DNA of 59,657 nt, filler included, from Pseudomonadota bacterium (GCA_043820105.1; 4 parts of 4 records of this genome joined end to end with filler, not necessarily neighbours in it); one strand, 5' to 3'; positions 1-9,399 are shown, counted from the first letter of the whole stretch. Notes: generated from the sequence alone by a model not told the origin. Made by a program: numbers and translations.

Positions 1-324
1 GGTATTTCTTGTGATAAATGTGAATTTGGAATCATGCTTCCCAGAAAATATCGTAATTTGAAAGGAAAACTATTTATAAACTCACCCAAGATTTATTGAT
101 TTAGTTTAATTTCTCCTCTTGCTCCTTAATCCCTTATACAGAACAACTCTTTTCAAATTTCCTTAATTGTAAAATATTTCTATAAACATACTGTTAAAAT
201 AATTTGCTATTTAAGCGTTTAGAATTTTGAATTTAACAAAGACACCATTGATTCATGATTTCTCTTTACAAATTTATAATAAATATTATAAAAAGAATAT
301 TCATTACATCCCCTCCAAATTAGC

Positions 325-409
325 ATTCAGTATTCAGTATTTGGTATTCAGTATTTGGTTTTGACAAATCCTTACAGTTTACCACTTACAGCTTACCACT
401 TACCACTTA
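325..409 (+). repeat. Two adjacent heptamer arrays: (ATTCAGT/ATTTGGT)x5 at 325-359 and (CTTACCA/CTTACAG)x5.5 at 371-409, ending 3 nt before the SD AAGGAGG of the C25 gene
   Basis: 7-bp periodicity read directly from the sequence. Confidence 0.9.
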
Positions 410-424
410 AACAAGGAGGGACAA

Positions 425-2239
425 ATGAAAAAAACAATATATCTAAGCTTGATTTTTTTACTTACTCTAACAAACTTCATCTATGCAACAGTAATAGAAA
501 AAACATATAGATTTGAAAATTATAGAATCAAGCCTATGGGTTATTTTGATATTATTGAACTTGAAAATACTAAAGTTATTGGAGAAACTGGAAAACCCAG
601 TATTCCATATCACAGCATTGCTTTATTGCTACCACCAACAGAAGCAGCTGTATCAATTGAAATTGAAAGAACAGAGGAAGTAAAAATCCCCTACCCTGTA
701 AATCTTTTTCCAAAGCAATTGAGCATACCCCTTTCATCAGACAAACAAATACATTTTATGTATAATCCCAATCTATATGAATCTGATATTTCTTACCCGG
801 AAAATCCTCTGGGTGAAATTTCAACTCATTTTATGAATGGACATTCAATAGCACTTTCTGTTTTTACTCCACTAAAATATAATCCAAAAACAAAGCAGGC
901 ATCTTATTATAAAAATGTTAAAATAAAAATTATCAGCGAATATACTGAAAAAGCACATGCAGCTCTATACAATTTAAGTTCAAAAGAAAGTGTAATAAAA
1001 AGAATTGAGACCTTTTCCCATAATCCCGAAATGCTTCAGGTTTATCCAACAAACAACGAAACAAAAGAAAATAACTTCGACCTGCTAATTGTAACTCCAT
1101 GGAAGTATGAAGATCAGTTTTTAGAGTTTTCAGAAAACTATGAAGAACTGGGAATAAAAGCTAACATTGTTTCAACTGATTTAATACAAAGAAATGGCCA
1201 GGGTCAAGATTTGGCAGAAAAAATTAGAAATTATATAATAAGCACATATCAAGAATCACAAATTGAATATGTACTGCTTGGGGGCGATGTTGAACATGTA
1301 CCATATAGAGGATTTTATGCAACTGTTCAATCAGATAGCCTGATGAAGGATAATAATATACCAGCAGATATTTACTTTTCAGCACTTGATGGCACATGGA
1401 ATGATGACAATGATAGCCTCTGGGGTGAAAAAAATGAAGACGACCTTCTACCCGAAATTGCAGTTGGCAGATTACCCTTTTCAGACGCAGATGAACTTGA
1501 AAACATACTTCACAAAATATATAGCTATCAATTTAAACCAGTGCCTGGTGAAATTCGAAAACCATTATTTGTGGGAGAGCACCTCTGGGATAACCCGGAA
1601 ACCTGGGGATCAGACTATCTTGAGCTTTTAATTGGATATAAAGATGACAATGGATATAACACCCGGGGAATTCCTGAAGATTTTGAAATAATGAAAATGT
1701 ATGAATCTGAATTTAATTGGTCAAAAAAAGACCTGTTAAAGGCAATCAATTCAGGCACAAGTTTTATCCACCATGTTGGTCATTCCCATTATTATTTTAA
1801 TATGAAATTCTATTTAACAGATATTAATAATTCTAATTTCCAAGATGTTGATGGAGTAAAACACAACTATCCCCTGGTTTATTCACATGGCTGTATAAGT
1901 GGAGCTTTTGATAAAAATGATTGTATCGGTGAAAGAATGTTAACAATTGATAATTTCGCAGTAGCTTATATTGGCAATTCAAGATATGGCTGGTTTAATG
2001 AAGGACAAACAGATGGCCCATCTCAGCATCTGCACAGAGAATTTTTAGATGCGATCTATGGTGAAGGTTTCTTTAATCTAGGAACAGTGCATATGAAATC
2101 AAAAATTGATACAGCACCCTGGGTAAATGCTCCTGGTCAACACGAAGATGGAGCATTAAGATGGTGCTTTTATGACAATAATGTCCTTGGAGATCCCTCG
2201 ATGTTCATCTGGCCAGATGAGCCAGAAAATTTATATTAA
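425..2239 (+). CDS. Secreted C25-family (gingipain-like) cysteine peptidase with propeptide
   Basis: Signal peptide, GKPSIPY propeptide motif, YVLLGGD, VGRLP, catalytic HVGH and HGC motifs, terminal LGDP; SD AAGGAGG. Confidence 0.9.
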   Translation: MKKTIYLSLIFLLTLTNFIYATVIEKTYRFENYRIKPMGYFDIIELENTKVIGETGKPSIPYHSIALLLPPTEAAVSIEIERTEEVKIPYPVNLFPKQLSIPLSSDKQIHFMYNPNLYESDISYPENPLGEISTHFMNGHSIALSVFTPLKYNPKTKQASYYKNVKIKIISEYTEKAHAALYNLSSKESVIKRIETFSHNPEMLQVYPTNNETKENNFDLLIVTPWKYEDQFLEFSENYEELGIKANIVSTDLIQRNGQGQDLAEKIRNYIISTYQESQIEYVLLGGDVEHVPYRGFYATVQSDSLMKDNNIPADIYFSALDGTWNDDNDSLWGEKNEDDLLPEIAVGRLPFSDADELENILHKIYSYQFKPVPGEIRKPLFVGEHLWDNPETWGSDYLELLIGYKDDNGYNTRGIPEDFEIMKMYESEFNWSKKDLLKAINSGTSFIHHVGHSHYYFNMKFYLTDINNSNFQDVDGVKHNYPLVYSHGCISGAFDKNDCIGERMLTIDNFAVAYIGNSRYGWFNEGQTDGPSQHLHREFLDAIYGEGFFNLGTVHMKSKIDTAPWVNAPGQHEDGALRWCFYDNNVLGDPSMFIWPDEPENLY

Positions 2240-2241
2240 AC

Positions 2242-2472
2242 CTATTTCTTGTCTAACATCTTTTTTATTTTAGCCTTTATTTTATCCTTAGTCTTGCCAG
2301 ATAATTTTTCTGAAATATTCTGTTCAATATATTGATCTTCTAAAGATTCAATAAATTTATCTTGAGTATTTGTGCTTGTTACAAAAGAAACTCCTCCCGC
2401 TAAAACTAAACATCCTACAAGAATTATTGAATAGCTTTTTAAAACCTCTTTTATTTTATGTTTTATTTTCAA
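2242..2472 (-). CDS. Small hypothetical single-pass membrane protein
   Basis: 76-aa ORF (TTG start) with one hydrophobic segment, fills an intergenic gap. Confidence 0.5.
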   Translation of the reverse strand: MKIKHKIKEVLKSYSIILVGCLVLAGGVSFVTSTNTQDKFIESLEDQYIEQNISEKLSGKTKDKIKAKIKKMLDKK

Positions 2473-2822
2473 AAAATTATTCTGCCTAAATTTTTCTATT
2501 ACTTTATTATAACAAATTAAAGAAAAAACTCTAATAAAAATTTAAAAAGAGTATTTTACTAATAAACAGCTCATCCCCTTTCAACATATTTACCTTTAAT
2601 GTCTGTTACTTACTAAATAGCAGCCAAAGGATTCTTGACATTTTGCAATAAATTTTATTCAAATAAAAATTGGCTTGAGGCAGAATCCCTTATTGTATGG
2701 AACAAGAACATCTAAAATACTCTTTCTTGAGCATTTCGAACAGTATCGTAAGCTGATACAAAAAAGCAGACACTCTATATTTTTTTTAAATTAATCCGTA
2801 GGGGTTTAATTTAGGGGGTGAC

Positions 2823-4505
2823 ATGGATAAAAATTCCAAAGGTAACAAGAGGTTTATCCTAATCTTGGGTTTCGCACTTTTCTCAATGTTTTTTGGAGCT
2901 GGCAATCTAATTTTTCCACCAAGCCTTGGTCGCATATCTGGAGATATGTATTTTTTAGCCATCCTGGGTTTTATTATAACAGCAGCTGGACTCCCCTTTT
3001 TAGGCATCCTTGCTGTATCACAGGCAGATGGAGGAATCGATAAGATTGCAAGCAAAGTCCATCCCAACTTTGGAAAATTTCTCTTAATAGTAATACTTCT
3101 GATAATAGGTCCAATGTTAGCAATTCCCAGAACTTGTGCAACAACCTATGAACTTGGAGTTATACCTAATGCTCCATGGTTAGGATCATGGACTTTTTCA
3201 GGAATATTTTTCGCAATTGTACTATACTTTTCTTTAAATCCTAAAAAGGTTGTTAAAAGAATTGGTAAAATTCTTACACCTATTTTACTTCTGGCCCTAA
3301 CATCATTAATACTTACTGGAATATTTCTTCCCATTGGATCTCCAGCTGACCTGGGTGTTGGAATAAAGATTTTTGGCACTAGTTTTACAGAAGGCTACCA
3401 AACAATGGACATGCTTGCTGCAACTATATTTGGAATAATTATTTTAAATGAATTGAAAAATAAAAATATTACCGATCGAAAAACACAAATGTCTATGATT
3501 GTTAAAGCTGGAGGCATTGCGATCATTGGACTAGCTGTTATTTATGCAGGATTACTATATCTTGGATCTAGCACCACGTCTATCGCAGGCGATTTTACAA
3601 GAACCTCTTTATTAACCTCAATCGCTACAATGCTTTTAGGTAAAGCAGGAGCAAGCACTCTGGGAATCGCGGTCTCAATGGCCTGTCTTACAACAGCTAT
3701 AGCCTTAACTGTTTGCTGTGCTCAATATTTTAGCAAAATGACAAATAATAAATTAAGTTATAGAAATATTTGTTTCATAGTCTCTGGAATTTCTTTATTT
3801 ATCTCAAATGCAGGTGTTGAATTAATCATTAAATTCGCGGTTCCTCCACTAGTTACACTTTATCCAGTTGTTATGGTATTAGTTATTATGACAATATTTA
3901 ATAAACACCTAAAAGACAGACCTTTATGGATAGCAACAACATTGGGTGCTTTTATTTTTGGACTTTTAGAAACTGCTATGGCCCTTGGAATTAACAAGCA
4001 AGTTCTAACTCAAGTATATTCGGCTCTACCTTTATCTAATTATGGTTTAGGTTGGATTCTTCCATGTGTTTTCTTTGGAATAATTGGTTCTACCTTCAAT
4101 GTATACAGAAAGAAAAATGTACTGGTAATCCACTCCTTACAAAATGATCTTGAAGCGACCCTTTTCAATGATACAAAGGAAATATTTAAAATCAATATTA
4201 GTCCATTAATTTTTAATGATTCAAGTCAAGCAAATGACACGATTCAATACCTATATTTAAAAAGTACTTTGATAAAAAAACTAAAAAAATTGGAAGTTGA
4301 CTTTAAGTCAATAGATTCAATAACAATAGATCATAGAATCACAGCTGACTCACATCCCTGGGTGCATCAATTCGCTGATACCTTCTTAGAAAAAGTTGAC
4401 AAAGAAACTCTCGGACTAAATAAAGAAATCATTTCAATGAATGTTATTTTGGATATTGCCGAAGAAATTAAAGTAAACACTTATGTCTTAAATACATCTC
4501 TCTAA
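2823..4505 (+). CDS. brnQ: Branched-chain amino acid:cation symporter BrnQ with ~130-aa extra C-terminal soluble domain
   Basis: GFALFSMFFGAGNLIFPP, GPMLAIPRT, EGYQTMD, ACLTTA motifs; ~12 TM segments. Confidence 0.93.
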   Translation: MDKNSKGNKRFILILGFALFSMFFGAGNLIFPPSLGRISGDMYFLAILGFIITAAGLPFLGILAVSQADGGIDKIASKVHPNFGKFLLIVILLIIGPMLAIPRTCATTYELGVIPNAPWLGSWTFSGIFFAIVLYFSLNPKKVVKRIGKILTPILLLALTSLILTGIFLPIGSPADLGVGIKIFGTSFTEGYQTMDMLAATIFGIIILNELKNKNITDRKTQMSMIVKAGGIAIIGLAVIYAGLLYLGSSTTSIAGDFTRTSLLTSIATMLLGKAGASTLGIAVSMACLTTAIALTVCCAQYFSKMTNNKLSYRNICFIVSGISLFISNAGVELIIKFAVPPLVTLYPVVMVLVIMTIFNKHLKDRPLWIATTLGAFIFGLLETAMALGINKQVLTQVYSALPLSNYGLGWILPCVFFGIIGSTFNVYRKKNVLVIHSLQNDLEATLFNDTKEIFKINISPLIFNDSSQANDTIQYLYLKSTLIKKLKKLEVDFKSIDSITIDHRITADSHPWVHQFADTFLEKVDKETLGLNKEIISMNVILDIAEEIKVNTYVLNTSL

Positions 4506-4514
4506 TCCCCTCAT

Positions 4515-4535
4515 CGTTACCGTTACCGTTACCGT
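4515..4535 (+). repeat. Hexamer array (CGTTAC)x3.5 between convergent stop codons
   Basis: Direct reading. Confidence 0.75.
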
Positions 4536-4538
4536 CCC

Positions 4539-5561
4539 CTATATAACAAAATCCCCAGCTTTCATAATCATTTTGCCATCAATTTCAATTGTAGTTTTTT
4601 GAATTACCATATCAAGATGAGCAGCACTTGTCCAATCTGAACCAGTTTTTTCAGGATATCCGTGCCCCATTGCAATATGGACACCAGGAAATTTTTCGTC
4701 TTGGAGTAAATTTCCAACAAGTCTTTCTAGCCCAAGGTTTGTACCAATAGCAAATTCTCCAATCCTATTAGCATTTTCATCAATTTTCATATATTCAAGT
4801 ATATCATTTTCTATATCCTTATTGTTTTCACAAATTACTGATATAACTCTTCCATCTTTAATTTCACAAACAACAGGAGATGCACTTATCTCACCATATT
4901 TTGCATTCATAAAATCGCCTAAAACACCGTCAATAACAACTTTACCGTTAATATCCCTTGCACAGGTAAAAACCTCTCCATCAGGAAGATTTGACCAGTT
5001 ATCAGCTTGAATATTTCCATCACAATTTACCCATTTCCAATTTGGGTCTAGTGTTACGGTAAAATTGCTACCAGCTTCTGTTGTAACTTTTGCCTCTTTT
5101 GCTCCTGTAACAATTTTCATAATATTTGCATTTGTTTCTTTTATTTTAGCATAGTCAGCTGCCATTCCCATTTCCATTAACATGTCATTTACATTTGGCA
5201 TATGTCCATGTCTAATAGTATTTGCTTCATCAATAATTGTAAGCATAGGCACTCTAAAGGTTTGTAGTTCTCCTTTTTTGCTCATTGCTGCATAAACAGA
5301 AACATCAGAAGTCTTTAAATATTCGCCTATTTCCTCAGGAAATACCAAAGCATTTGTGCCATCTTCAGGCCTTTGACCATAGTCTTCCATTTTAAAAAGT
5401 TTTACTTTATCAGTAATCTTTAAAAACTGTTCTTTAATGGCTTCAGCAATATGCAGAGTTTTTTCATCAGTAGTAATACATACCTTTTCACTGGGTTGTG
5501 TTCTAAGACAATTTACAACTACCTGGTAAGCGCCATAATCTAGTGTTTCTTTACTAATCAT
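4539..5561 (-). CDS. M29-like metallo-aminopeptidase (AmpS/aminopeptidase T type)
   Basis: NLPDGEVF, GEFAIGTN, DEK..GVHIAMG, HLD motifs. Confidence 0.88.
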   Translation of the reverse strand: MISKETLDYGAYQVVVNCLRTQPSEKVCITTDEKTLHIAEAIKEQFLKITDKVKLFKMEDYGQRPEDGTNALVFPEEIGEYLKTSDVSVYAAMSKKGELQTFRVPMLTIIDEANTIRHGHMPNVNDMLMEMGMAADYAKIKETNANIMKIVTGAKEAKVTTEAGSNFTVTLDPNWKWVNCDGNIQADNWSNLPDGEVFTCARDINGKVVIDGVLGDFMNAKYGEISASPVVCEIKDGRVISVICENNKDIENDILEYMKIDENANRIGEFAIGTNLGLERLVGNLLQDEKFPGVHIAMGHGYPEKTGSDWTSAAHLDMVIQKTTIEIDGKMIMKAGDFVI

Positions 5562-5578
5562 AGATTTCTCCTTGCTAA

Positions 5579-5668
5579 TAAGTGGTAAGTGATAAGTGGT
5601 AAGTGGTAAGTAAATTACAGTGTTTATTTCTTACGACTTACGACTTACGACTTACGACTTACGACTTA
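5579..5668. repeat. Inverted pair of heptamer arrays: (TAAGTGG/A)x4.7 - 18 nt - (CTTACGA)x5.5
   Basis: 5579-5611 and 5630-5668; arms complementary at 6 of 7 positions per unit. Confidence 0.92.
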
Positions 5669-5674
5669 TGTCTA

Positions 5675-5986
5675 CTAACTATCTTTGTTAATAATAACCG
5701 GATACTCCTTAAGTTTCTTCCTTGTAGGTTTTATTACCTTAAAATTATGCTCTTTTTGTTTATCATTGACCTCTTCTATTAATGCTAAAGACTGAAGAGG
5801 AATCATAATAAACTTACTAGCTTCAAATCTTTTTTTTGATTCATTGCCAGATGGAGATATAACAATTGCTGATTGGTCTTCAAAATGTAAATCTTTTATT
5901 GTTACAAAATATGGATGGCTCATATCTAAGGTTTTAGCCATTACTTCATAATTTTTAGTCTCTAATTTAAAGGATACTCGATACAT
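5675..5986 (-). CDS. Hypothetical protein, DUF1820-like
   Basis: MYRVSF...YEVMAK...FVTIKDLHF...IPLQSLALIEEV pattern resembles DUF1820. Confidence 0.65.
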   Translation of the reverse strand: MYRVSFKLETKNYEVMAKTLDMSHPYFVTIKDLHFEDQSAIVISPSGNESKKRFEASKFIMIPLQSLALIEEVNDKQKEHNFKVIKPTRKKLKEYPVIINKDS

Positions 5987-6110
5987 GCTGTGTCCTAATT
6001 TTTATGTAAAAACAAGTTTCTAGAAAGAAAGCAGGTCTTTGTCAATAAATTTAGTAAACTAGTAAAGACTTAACATAAAGATCTTTACACATGTTAATAT
6101 ATTTACCATA

Positions 6111-6122
6111 TTTAACATAAAA
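6111..6122 (+). promoter_or_regulatory. Conserved upstream motif TTTAACATAAAA (-97..-86 of sRNA copy 1); candidate enhancer site
   Basis: Identical sequence and spacing upstream of all three sRNA copies. Confidence 0.7.
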
Positions 6123-6181
6123 AATCGAAATATCGCCACGTAACATTCTAATTTAATTACGTTAACCAAAAGCTGGCGAAA

Positions 6182-6197
6182 TGGCACCAAGTCTGCA
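6182..6197 (+). promoter_or_regulatory. Sigma54 (-24/-12) promoter TGGCACCAAGTCTGCA
   Basis: GG-N10-GC with TGGCAC; predicted +1 at 6208. Confidence 0.8.
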
Positions 6198-6207
6198 ATA
6201 GTATCTT

Positions 6208-6276
6208 AATAGTTTCATAATATGCTCCCCTAAAGAAAACTACAGGGTGTCATCGAGTTCGATGACACCCTTTTTT
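6208..6276 (+). ncRNA. Candidate sigma54-dependent small RNA, copy 1 (~69 nt)
   Basis: Promoter + 22-nt core GTTTCATAATATGCTCCCCTAA (6212-6233) shared with two other loci + terminator. Confidence 0.75.
6245..6276 (+). terminator. Rho-independent terminator GGGTGTCATCG-agtt-CGATGACACCC-T6
   Basis: Perfect 11-bp stem followed by T6. Confidence 0.9.
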
Positions 6277-6285
6277 AGTCCCAAA

Positions 6286-6353
6286 ATTAATTATTAATTA
6301 TTATTTGTTAATTATTGATTATTTTTTATTGATTATTGATTATTGATTATTGA
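6286..6353. repeat. ATTAATT/ATTGATT heptamer array
   Basis: 7-bp periodic AT-rich array related to those at 12293, 14909, 16247, 18728, 25388 and 54587. Confidence 0.8.
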
Positions 6354-6363
6354 AATTTAAGAC

Positions 6364-7869
6364 TTAATTAGCAACATTCACATAAACATAATTCGACTCA
6401 TAAGTAGCAAGCTCTCCAACTTTCCCAATCCCAAACAACTCATATTCACCATCTGCATAATAATTTGTCCTCCAGCCTATCAGTGTTTGAGGACAAGGAT
6501 CTTTTACTTCTATTATTTTTTCACCATCAGGCCCTTTAATATAAAAGTCCATTGAGGACAATGGAACTGTAATGTCTTGACAGGAAAATTCAATGTATAC
6601 TTTTTCTTTTAAGGTATCACCACTACTTGGAGAATTTATAGTGAGTCTTAAATCCTGTTTATTATTTAAGACATAAAAACGCTTAAATTCTGAATAATAA
6701 GAAAATTCCCCATCAGAAACAACGATTGTTGCATCATACATTCCATCAGGAACATTTAGTGTATCAATTTCAAAAATAAGCTCACTAGGATCTATATTAG
6801 CAGAAAAAACTTCACTATTAGTCTGGTGAACATATAGTTTAAAAATCGCACTTGTTATATTGGGATGTGTGTTTTCTGCAAATAAAGTAACTTTTCCAGC
6901 AAATGCATTTTCCTCAGATAATTGAGGCAGACTTACAAAGCCATTGAATTTTGGAACATCGAAGTTATAAGCAGATTTTCCAACCCCAGATGCATCATAC
7001 CAGTCAATTTTAAAATAACCCTGGTCACCCCAATCTTCACCCCAACTATTTCTAACTATCCAGGCTTTATTTTCATCTTCCCAGCCAACAATCACAATTG
7101 CGTGGCCTCCCAGCGCTTCACCTGTAACATGCTTATATACACCACTTTTATATGCTAAAAAATCTTCGTACACTGTCATTCCAGTTAATAGTGGTCCATG
7201 AGCAAGGGCTGCCTTAACTTTCTGCACATCATATGACCAGGAATTCACAGAGGTATAGTCTATAATTCCAAGAGTCCTATCATCCATATTATAGCAACTT
7301 AAAGCGCTGCACTCAAAATCCGCACCCATTTTTCCACTTTCATACGGAACACAAGCCTCATCACAAGTTCCTGTTCTTTTTAAATGAGAAGCACCTCCAG
7401 ATAAATACATGCCTTGATTACAAGCACCACCTCCACAGTGAAAAAGTTGCTGCTCAGAAAGATCAAAATCATAATCAGGATATAAATTGCTAATCCTCAG
7501 CTGGGCTTCAAATGCACCTAAAGTTGCAAAAGCAACACAGCTTCCACATCTTCCCTGATCACGAATTGGGCTCATCCAATTAGTACCATCAACATCTCTC
7601 CAATCAAACTCTGCAGATCTACTCAGATAATTTTCATATGGTGAAAAAGTATAAATCTCAAAAGCAAGCATAGATTCATCTTGGATTAAACCCATATGTG
7701 GTTTTTCGCCTGAATCTAAATATTTGCTCATAGAAGTTATGCCTGCTTGCCAATTGCCACCCTTGGCACTAATAGCTTCATTAATTTTGTCAGTGGACAA
7801 GTTAGTAGCAATTAAGTGAGTTGTTAGTAGAAAAGAAATGACCAGGAAAGACAGAGTGATTTTTTTCAT
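6364..7869 (-). CDS. Secreted papain-family (C1A) cysteine peptidase with C-terminal Ig-like extension
   Basis: Signal peptide, DWR, QGRCGSCVAFA, LSEQQL, GGHAIVIVGW, RNSWG. Confidence 0.93.
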   Translation of the reverse strand: MKKITLSFLVISFLLTTHLIATNLSTDKINEAISAKGGNWQAGITSMSKYLDSGEKPHMGLIQDESMLAFEIYTFSPYENYLSRSAEFDWRDVDGTNWMSPIRDQGRCGSCVAFATLGAFEAQLRISNLYPDYDFDLSEQQLFHCGGGACNQGMYLSGGASHLKRTGTCDEACVPYESGKMGADFECSALSCYNMDDRTLGIIDYTSVNSWSYDVQKVKAALAHGPLLTGMTVYEDFLAYKSGVYKHVTGEALGGHAIVIVGWEDENKAWIVRNSWGEDWGDQGYFKIDWYDASGVGKSAYNFDVPKFNGFVSLPQLSEENAFAGKVTLFAENTHPNITSAIFKLYVHQTNSEVFSANIDPSELIFEIDTLNVPDGMYDATIVVSDGEFSYYSEFKRFYVLNNKQDLRLTINSPSSGDTLKEKVYIEFSCQDITVPLSSMDFYIKGPDGEKIIEVKDPCPQTLIGWRTNYYADGEYELFGIGKVGELATYESNYVYVNVAN

Positions 7870-7885
7870 TTTTCCCCCTCGTTAA

Positions 7886-7998
7886 TAAGTGGTAAGTGAT
7901 AAGTGGTAAGTGGTAAGTGGTAAGAAAAATTGTATAAAACATATAGAAAAAACTATATGATCTAAAACTTACGACTTACGACTTACAACTTACGACTT
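7886..7998. repeat. Inverted pair of heptamer arrays: (TAAGTGG/A)x5.5 - 43 nt - (CTTACGA)x4.4
   Basis: 7886-7924 and 7968-7998; same layout as 5579-5668. Confidence 0.92.
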
Positions 7999-8084
7999 GT
8001 TTATGAGGGGGTTATATTTTTCGGTGAGGGGTAAATTGAGTAAATTTTATATAAAATTAATAAGAGAAAAGCAAAGGAAAAAGT

Positions 8085-9089
8085 TTATTCAATACAACTA
8101 GTAGTTATTTCACCACAATTAATATTATTCTTATTTGAATCCCAGCAGATTTCTGAATCGTCAGTTCTTAAAAACATTCCTTCACCAGACTCAATATCTT
8201 CATCAATTTCCCAATCAGTATCCTCGCTCGTATTATGAACACTCAATTCAAAACATGTTCCATCAGCATGTTTTCTATAATTTATATAGCTTCCATAATT
8301 ATCATTGTCCTCATCTATAACATCAAACCTCAAGTTTCTATCATTTTCATCTGTAATTGAAAAAGCAATGCTAATAAATTCTTCTCCTGTTTCAGGTGAA
8401 TATAAAGTACAAGTTCCTGTACCTCCCTGATCAACATTACCAAGATAATCAAAGGAATCTGCTGAAAGTTCATATTTAACAAAATCAGTACCTGATTGAA
8501 TTGCTGTTCCCACACATTCTGAACAGGTTATATTTAAGGTTAAAGTTGTATCTCCATCATCATCCTTTTCAGCGGTAAAAACAATGTCAGGATTATATGT
8601 TGTTCCATTGTGTGTTGTTGTCAGAGAAAAAGATAAAACAGCCTTTGTTACGTTTTCACTGGAATCAACTGTAAGTTCAAAATCAATATCTTCTGCATTT
8701 CCTGTAGCAAGTTGAGTTAATATTGCCTGAAAAACCAATCTATGAAGAATTGTTGTAGTAGTGGCGATAGCAGTTACAGTTAAATATGCCACTGCAGCCA
8801 AAGGTCGATTTGTTCGTAAATTCTTATAAAGACCACTCTCTGAAATTGATTGGTCAATCTCCATAGTTGAAATTCCTGGAATTGCAAAGGTTCCAATTGC
8901 TTCTTCAATGGAGGCAACTTCTGTAGTAACATCGTCACCAAGCCCATCTCCTGAAGTGGAGCCATCACCAGAGTCATCCCCAGCATCATCACAAGAACCT
9001 GCAGAATCGTCACCTGTTAAACAAGCTGGAAAAATTGAAAGTGAAATTATAATTAGGATAGCTAACGATATATTAAGTAAATTCTTCAT
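8085..9089 (-). CDS. Hypothetical acidic lipoprotein
   Basis: Lipobox-like FPAC after hydrophobic leader, Gly/Asp/Ser linker, SD GGAGGA. Confidence 0.75.
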   Translation of the reverse strand: MKNLLNISLAILIIISLSIFPACLTGDDSAGSCDDAGDDSGDGSTSGDGLGDDVTTEVASIEEAIGTFAIPGISTMEIDQSISESGLYKNLRTNRPLAAVAYLTVTAIATTTTILHRLVFQAILTQLATGNAEDIDFELTVDSSENVTKAVLSFSLTTTHNGTTYNPDIVFTAEKDDDGDTTLTLNITCSECVGTAIQSGTDFVKYELSADSFDYLGNVDQGGTGTCTLYSPETGEEFISIAFSITDENDRNLRFDVIDEDNDNYGSYINYRKHADGTCFELSVHNTSEDTDWEIDEDIESGEGMFLRTDDSEICWDSNKNNINCGEITTSCIE

Positions 9090-9102
9090 ATCTTCCTCCA
9101 GT

Positions 9103-9135
9103 TAAGTGGTAAGTGTTAAGTGGTAAGCTGTAAGT
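9103..9135 (-). repeat. CTTACCA-type heptamer array (4.7 units) ending 3 nt before the SD of the lipoprotein gene
   Basis: Plus strand TAAGTGG TAAGTGT TAAGTGG TAAGCTG TAAGT. Confidence 0.9.
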
Positions 9136-9230
9136 ATCAAAAACACAAATAATATGCAACAATTTTGTAAACCACTAAATTCAAAATCCCACCAGCAACC
9201 AGCAAGCACCCACTACTTCACCTAACTGAT

Positions 9231-9399
9231 CACCAGTGCACCAAAGCACCAGAAAGATAATGAAACCAAATACTAAATACAAATCTTACCACTTACCACT
9301 TACCACTTACCACTTACCACTTACCACTTATATCCTAGCACCAGTGCGCCAGAGCACCAGAAAGATAATGAAACCAAATACTGAATACAAATCTTACCA
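9231..9399 (+). repeat. 108-bp higher-order tandem repeat containing (CTTACCA)x6.5; second copy cut by contig end
   Basis: 9231-9291 vs 9339-9399 differ at 3 of 61 positions. Confidence 0.9.

Noticed and set aside
9231-9399. CRISPR array or coding ORF 9236..9451
   Set aside because: No unique spacers and no cas genes; the ORF is translated repeat (YHLPLTT) running into Ns.
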